Virus record (IMG/VR): IMGVR_UViG_3300044641_007991
Span: 1 to 64,000 of that record
Length of the DNA: 64,000 bases
Direction: 5' to 3' (one strand)
Source of the DNA: a virus
Below are positions 62,880 to 64,000 of this stretch, in pieces. Each line of letters starts with the position of its first letter. The stretch's first letter is position 1. The translations under genes and the position numbers were made by a program. The notes beneath the pieces were generated by a model. That model worked only from the letters and a program-made list of their open reading frames with translations. It searched no databases and was not told the DNA's origin.

Positions 62880-63435
62880 GCTAGCAGCGCGTTTTGGTAG
62901 GAGCGGGGGAATGGTATTAAAAAACGATTATCGAGGCGCTCGCAAGAGCTAGAGCAGGAAAATAGACCTGCAGGGTACAAACAGCAGGTCAGATGCCTTA
63001 GGAGAGCATAAACTAGAAGGACTCAACCTAAATGAGGAGAGAGTTCATTTAGGGAGTCCCGTATCAACCCTAGAGCCGGAGAGAGGAGGCTCTAGAGTCA
63101 GAATAGGGAGCTCAACGCGATTCGGCTGGAGAGTAACCTAATCGCGGAGCTAAAACGGTGCTAGCAAGAGGGAGAGAGCTCTAAGCGCCAGCACCGGAAT
63201 AAGGTTTGGGCTTATTGTAAAGAATAAGCCCGATAATAACCATTTATCGTAAAGAAAATAAATGGTCTCAGTATGGCGGCCATATTGCAGTATGCATACT
63301 GGAGTAGAATTAGGTTGCTCAACTGAATATACCAATTAAAAACGCATGAAATTCGCAGTAACTTGTATTTTATAGGTTTGGTATATTCAGGAGCATACAG
63401 TCTATTAAGGTTGGGAGAGAGTCAACCTTAACGAG
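62880..63435 (+). ncRNA. Structured non-coding region with six GGAGAG-loop hairpins
   Basis: GC-richer than the flanks, no credible ORF; GGAGAG in loops at 63001, 63036, 63078, 63128, 63171, 63414. Confidence 0.55.
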
Positions 63436-63442
63436 TGTTCAA

Positions 63443-63886
63443 TTAAACCCAATCTATAGATCGCTTTACAGATAATCTATATTCACAATCCGGTCCTTCT
63501 TGGTATTGTTCAATATCAGAATAATCCTCACCCATACGGATATATTCAACATTTAAGTTTAATCTTAAAGCGCAGTGAATCATGTGATTAAAGAAATCAG
63601 CACCAGATGTAATTTTTAACCAATAATCACCCCATCTAATGCTTTCACCGATAAATAAGAATTCATAACCATATTCTTCAGAGGTAAAAAATACATCTTT
63701 ATTGAGAGTGATGTTATTTGATTTACATTCTAGAGCTAAGATTTCATTTTGAATATCCTGAGATAATGAATCAAAGGTATTGGAATATAATTCACCAAAC
63801 TCAAGCATTAAATCCTGATCACCATAAATTCTAATTGCAACATCTGAACGATAACTCATATTAACGATCTCTAAGTAATTTAGCAA
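63443..63886 (-). CDS. Conserved phage hypothetical protein
   Basis: MSYRSDV...YIRMGEDYSDIE. Confidence 0.65.
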   Translation of the reverse strand: MLNYLEIVNMSYRSDVAIRIYGDQDLMLEFGELYSNTFDSLSQDIQNEILALECKSNNITLNKDVFFTSEEYGYEFLFIGESIRWGDYWLKITSGADFFNHMIHCALRLNLNVEYIRMGEDYSDIEQYQEGPDCEYRLSVKRSIDWV

Positions 63887-64000
63887 GCATGTGCATTGCT
63901 ACAATTGTTGCTGCAATAATCATAATACTAAAACAGAATCCATATACTGTTAAAATTAAATCATTAGTACACATATTAATTACCCCAGAACAACTAATTT

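Larger units (their letters stand above)
48575..63886 (-). other. Array of about 45 small minus-strand early/accessory hypothetical ORFs in promoter-bounded cassettes
   Basis: Tightly packed, often overlapping stop/start ORFs of 60-260 aa, punctuated by GTGCTTGAC promoters. Confidence 0.8.

Noticed and set aside
62990-63200. CRISPR array
   Set aside because: Only a 6-9-nt loop motif recurs, spacing is irregular (35-50 nt), and no cas genes are present.
63150-63335. 61-aa minus-strand ORF
   Set aside because: No clear RBS, atypical composition, and it overlaps the hairpin array.

Overview
A 64-kb, AT-rich segment of a large T4-like (myovirus/jumbo-type) phage genome. The GroEL looks proteobacterial, so the host is probably a proteobacterium. 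Left part (1-18.8 kb, TATAAATA late promoters): tail-fibre and structural genes, a GH19 endolysin with three holin-like paralogues, and a csgF-csgG-curlin-fecR-nuclease-CHASE2 adenylate cyclase module. Middle: groEL/groES, a circularly permuted (two-piece) tmRNA, exonuclease, macro domain, split-intein DNA ligase, UvsE, thioredoxin, a Prs-like/NAMPT-like pair (NARP1-type NAD reconstitution) and two RNA ligases. Right part: many small minus-strand early genes in cassettes bounded by about 20 copies of a GTGCTTGAC-N-TAnAAT promoter. The main unexplained signal is that all seven free-standing homing-type endonuclease genes, from unrelated GIY-YIG-like and HNH-like families, carry the same ~100-nt leader. 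It consists of a late promoter, a covarying hairpin with an invariant TCGCG/CCA core, CTAA, the RBS/start, and AGC-NNN-RATATTTAT, which is an opposite-strand late promoter core. Four of these cassettes fracture or partly replace neighbouring phage genes. Other candidates: a promoter-tRNA-like RNA-coiled-coil gene-long 3' RNA unit (44.9-45.9 kb) and a ~550-nt hairpin array with GGAGAG loops (62.9-63.4 kb). All calls come from reading the sequence by eye; no database search or folding program was run.
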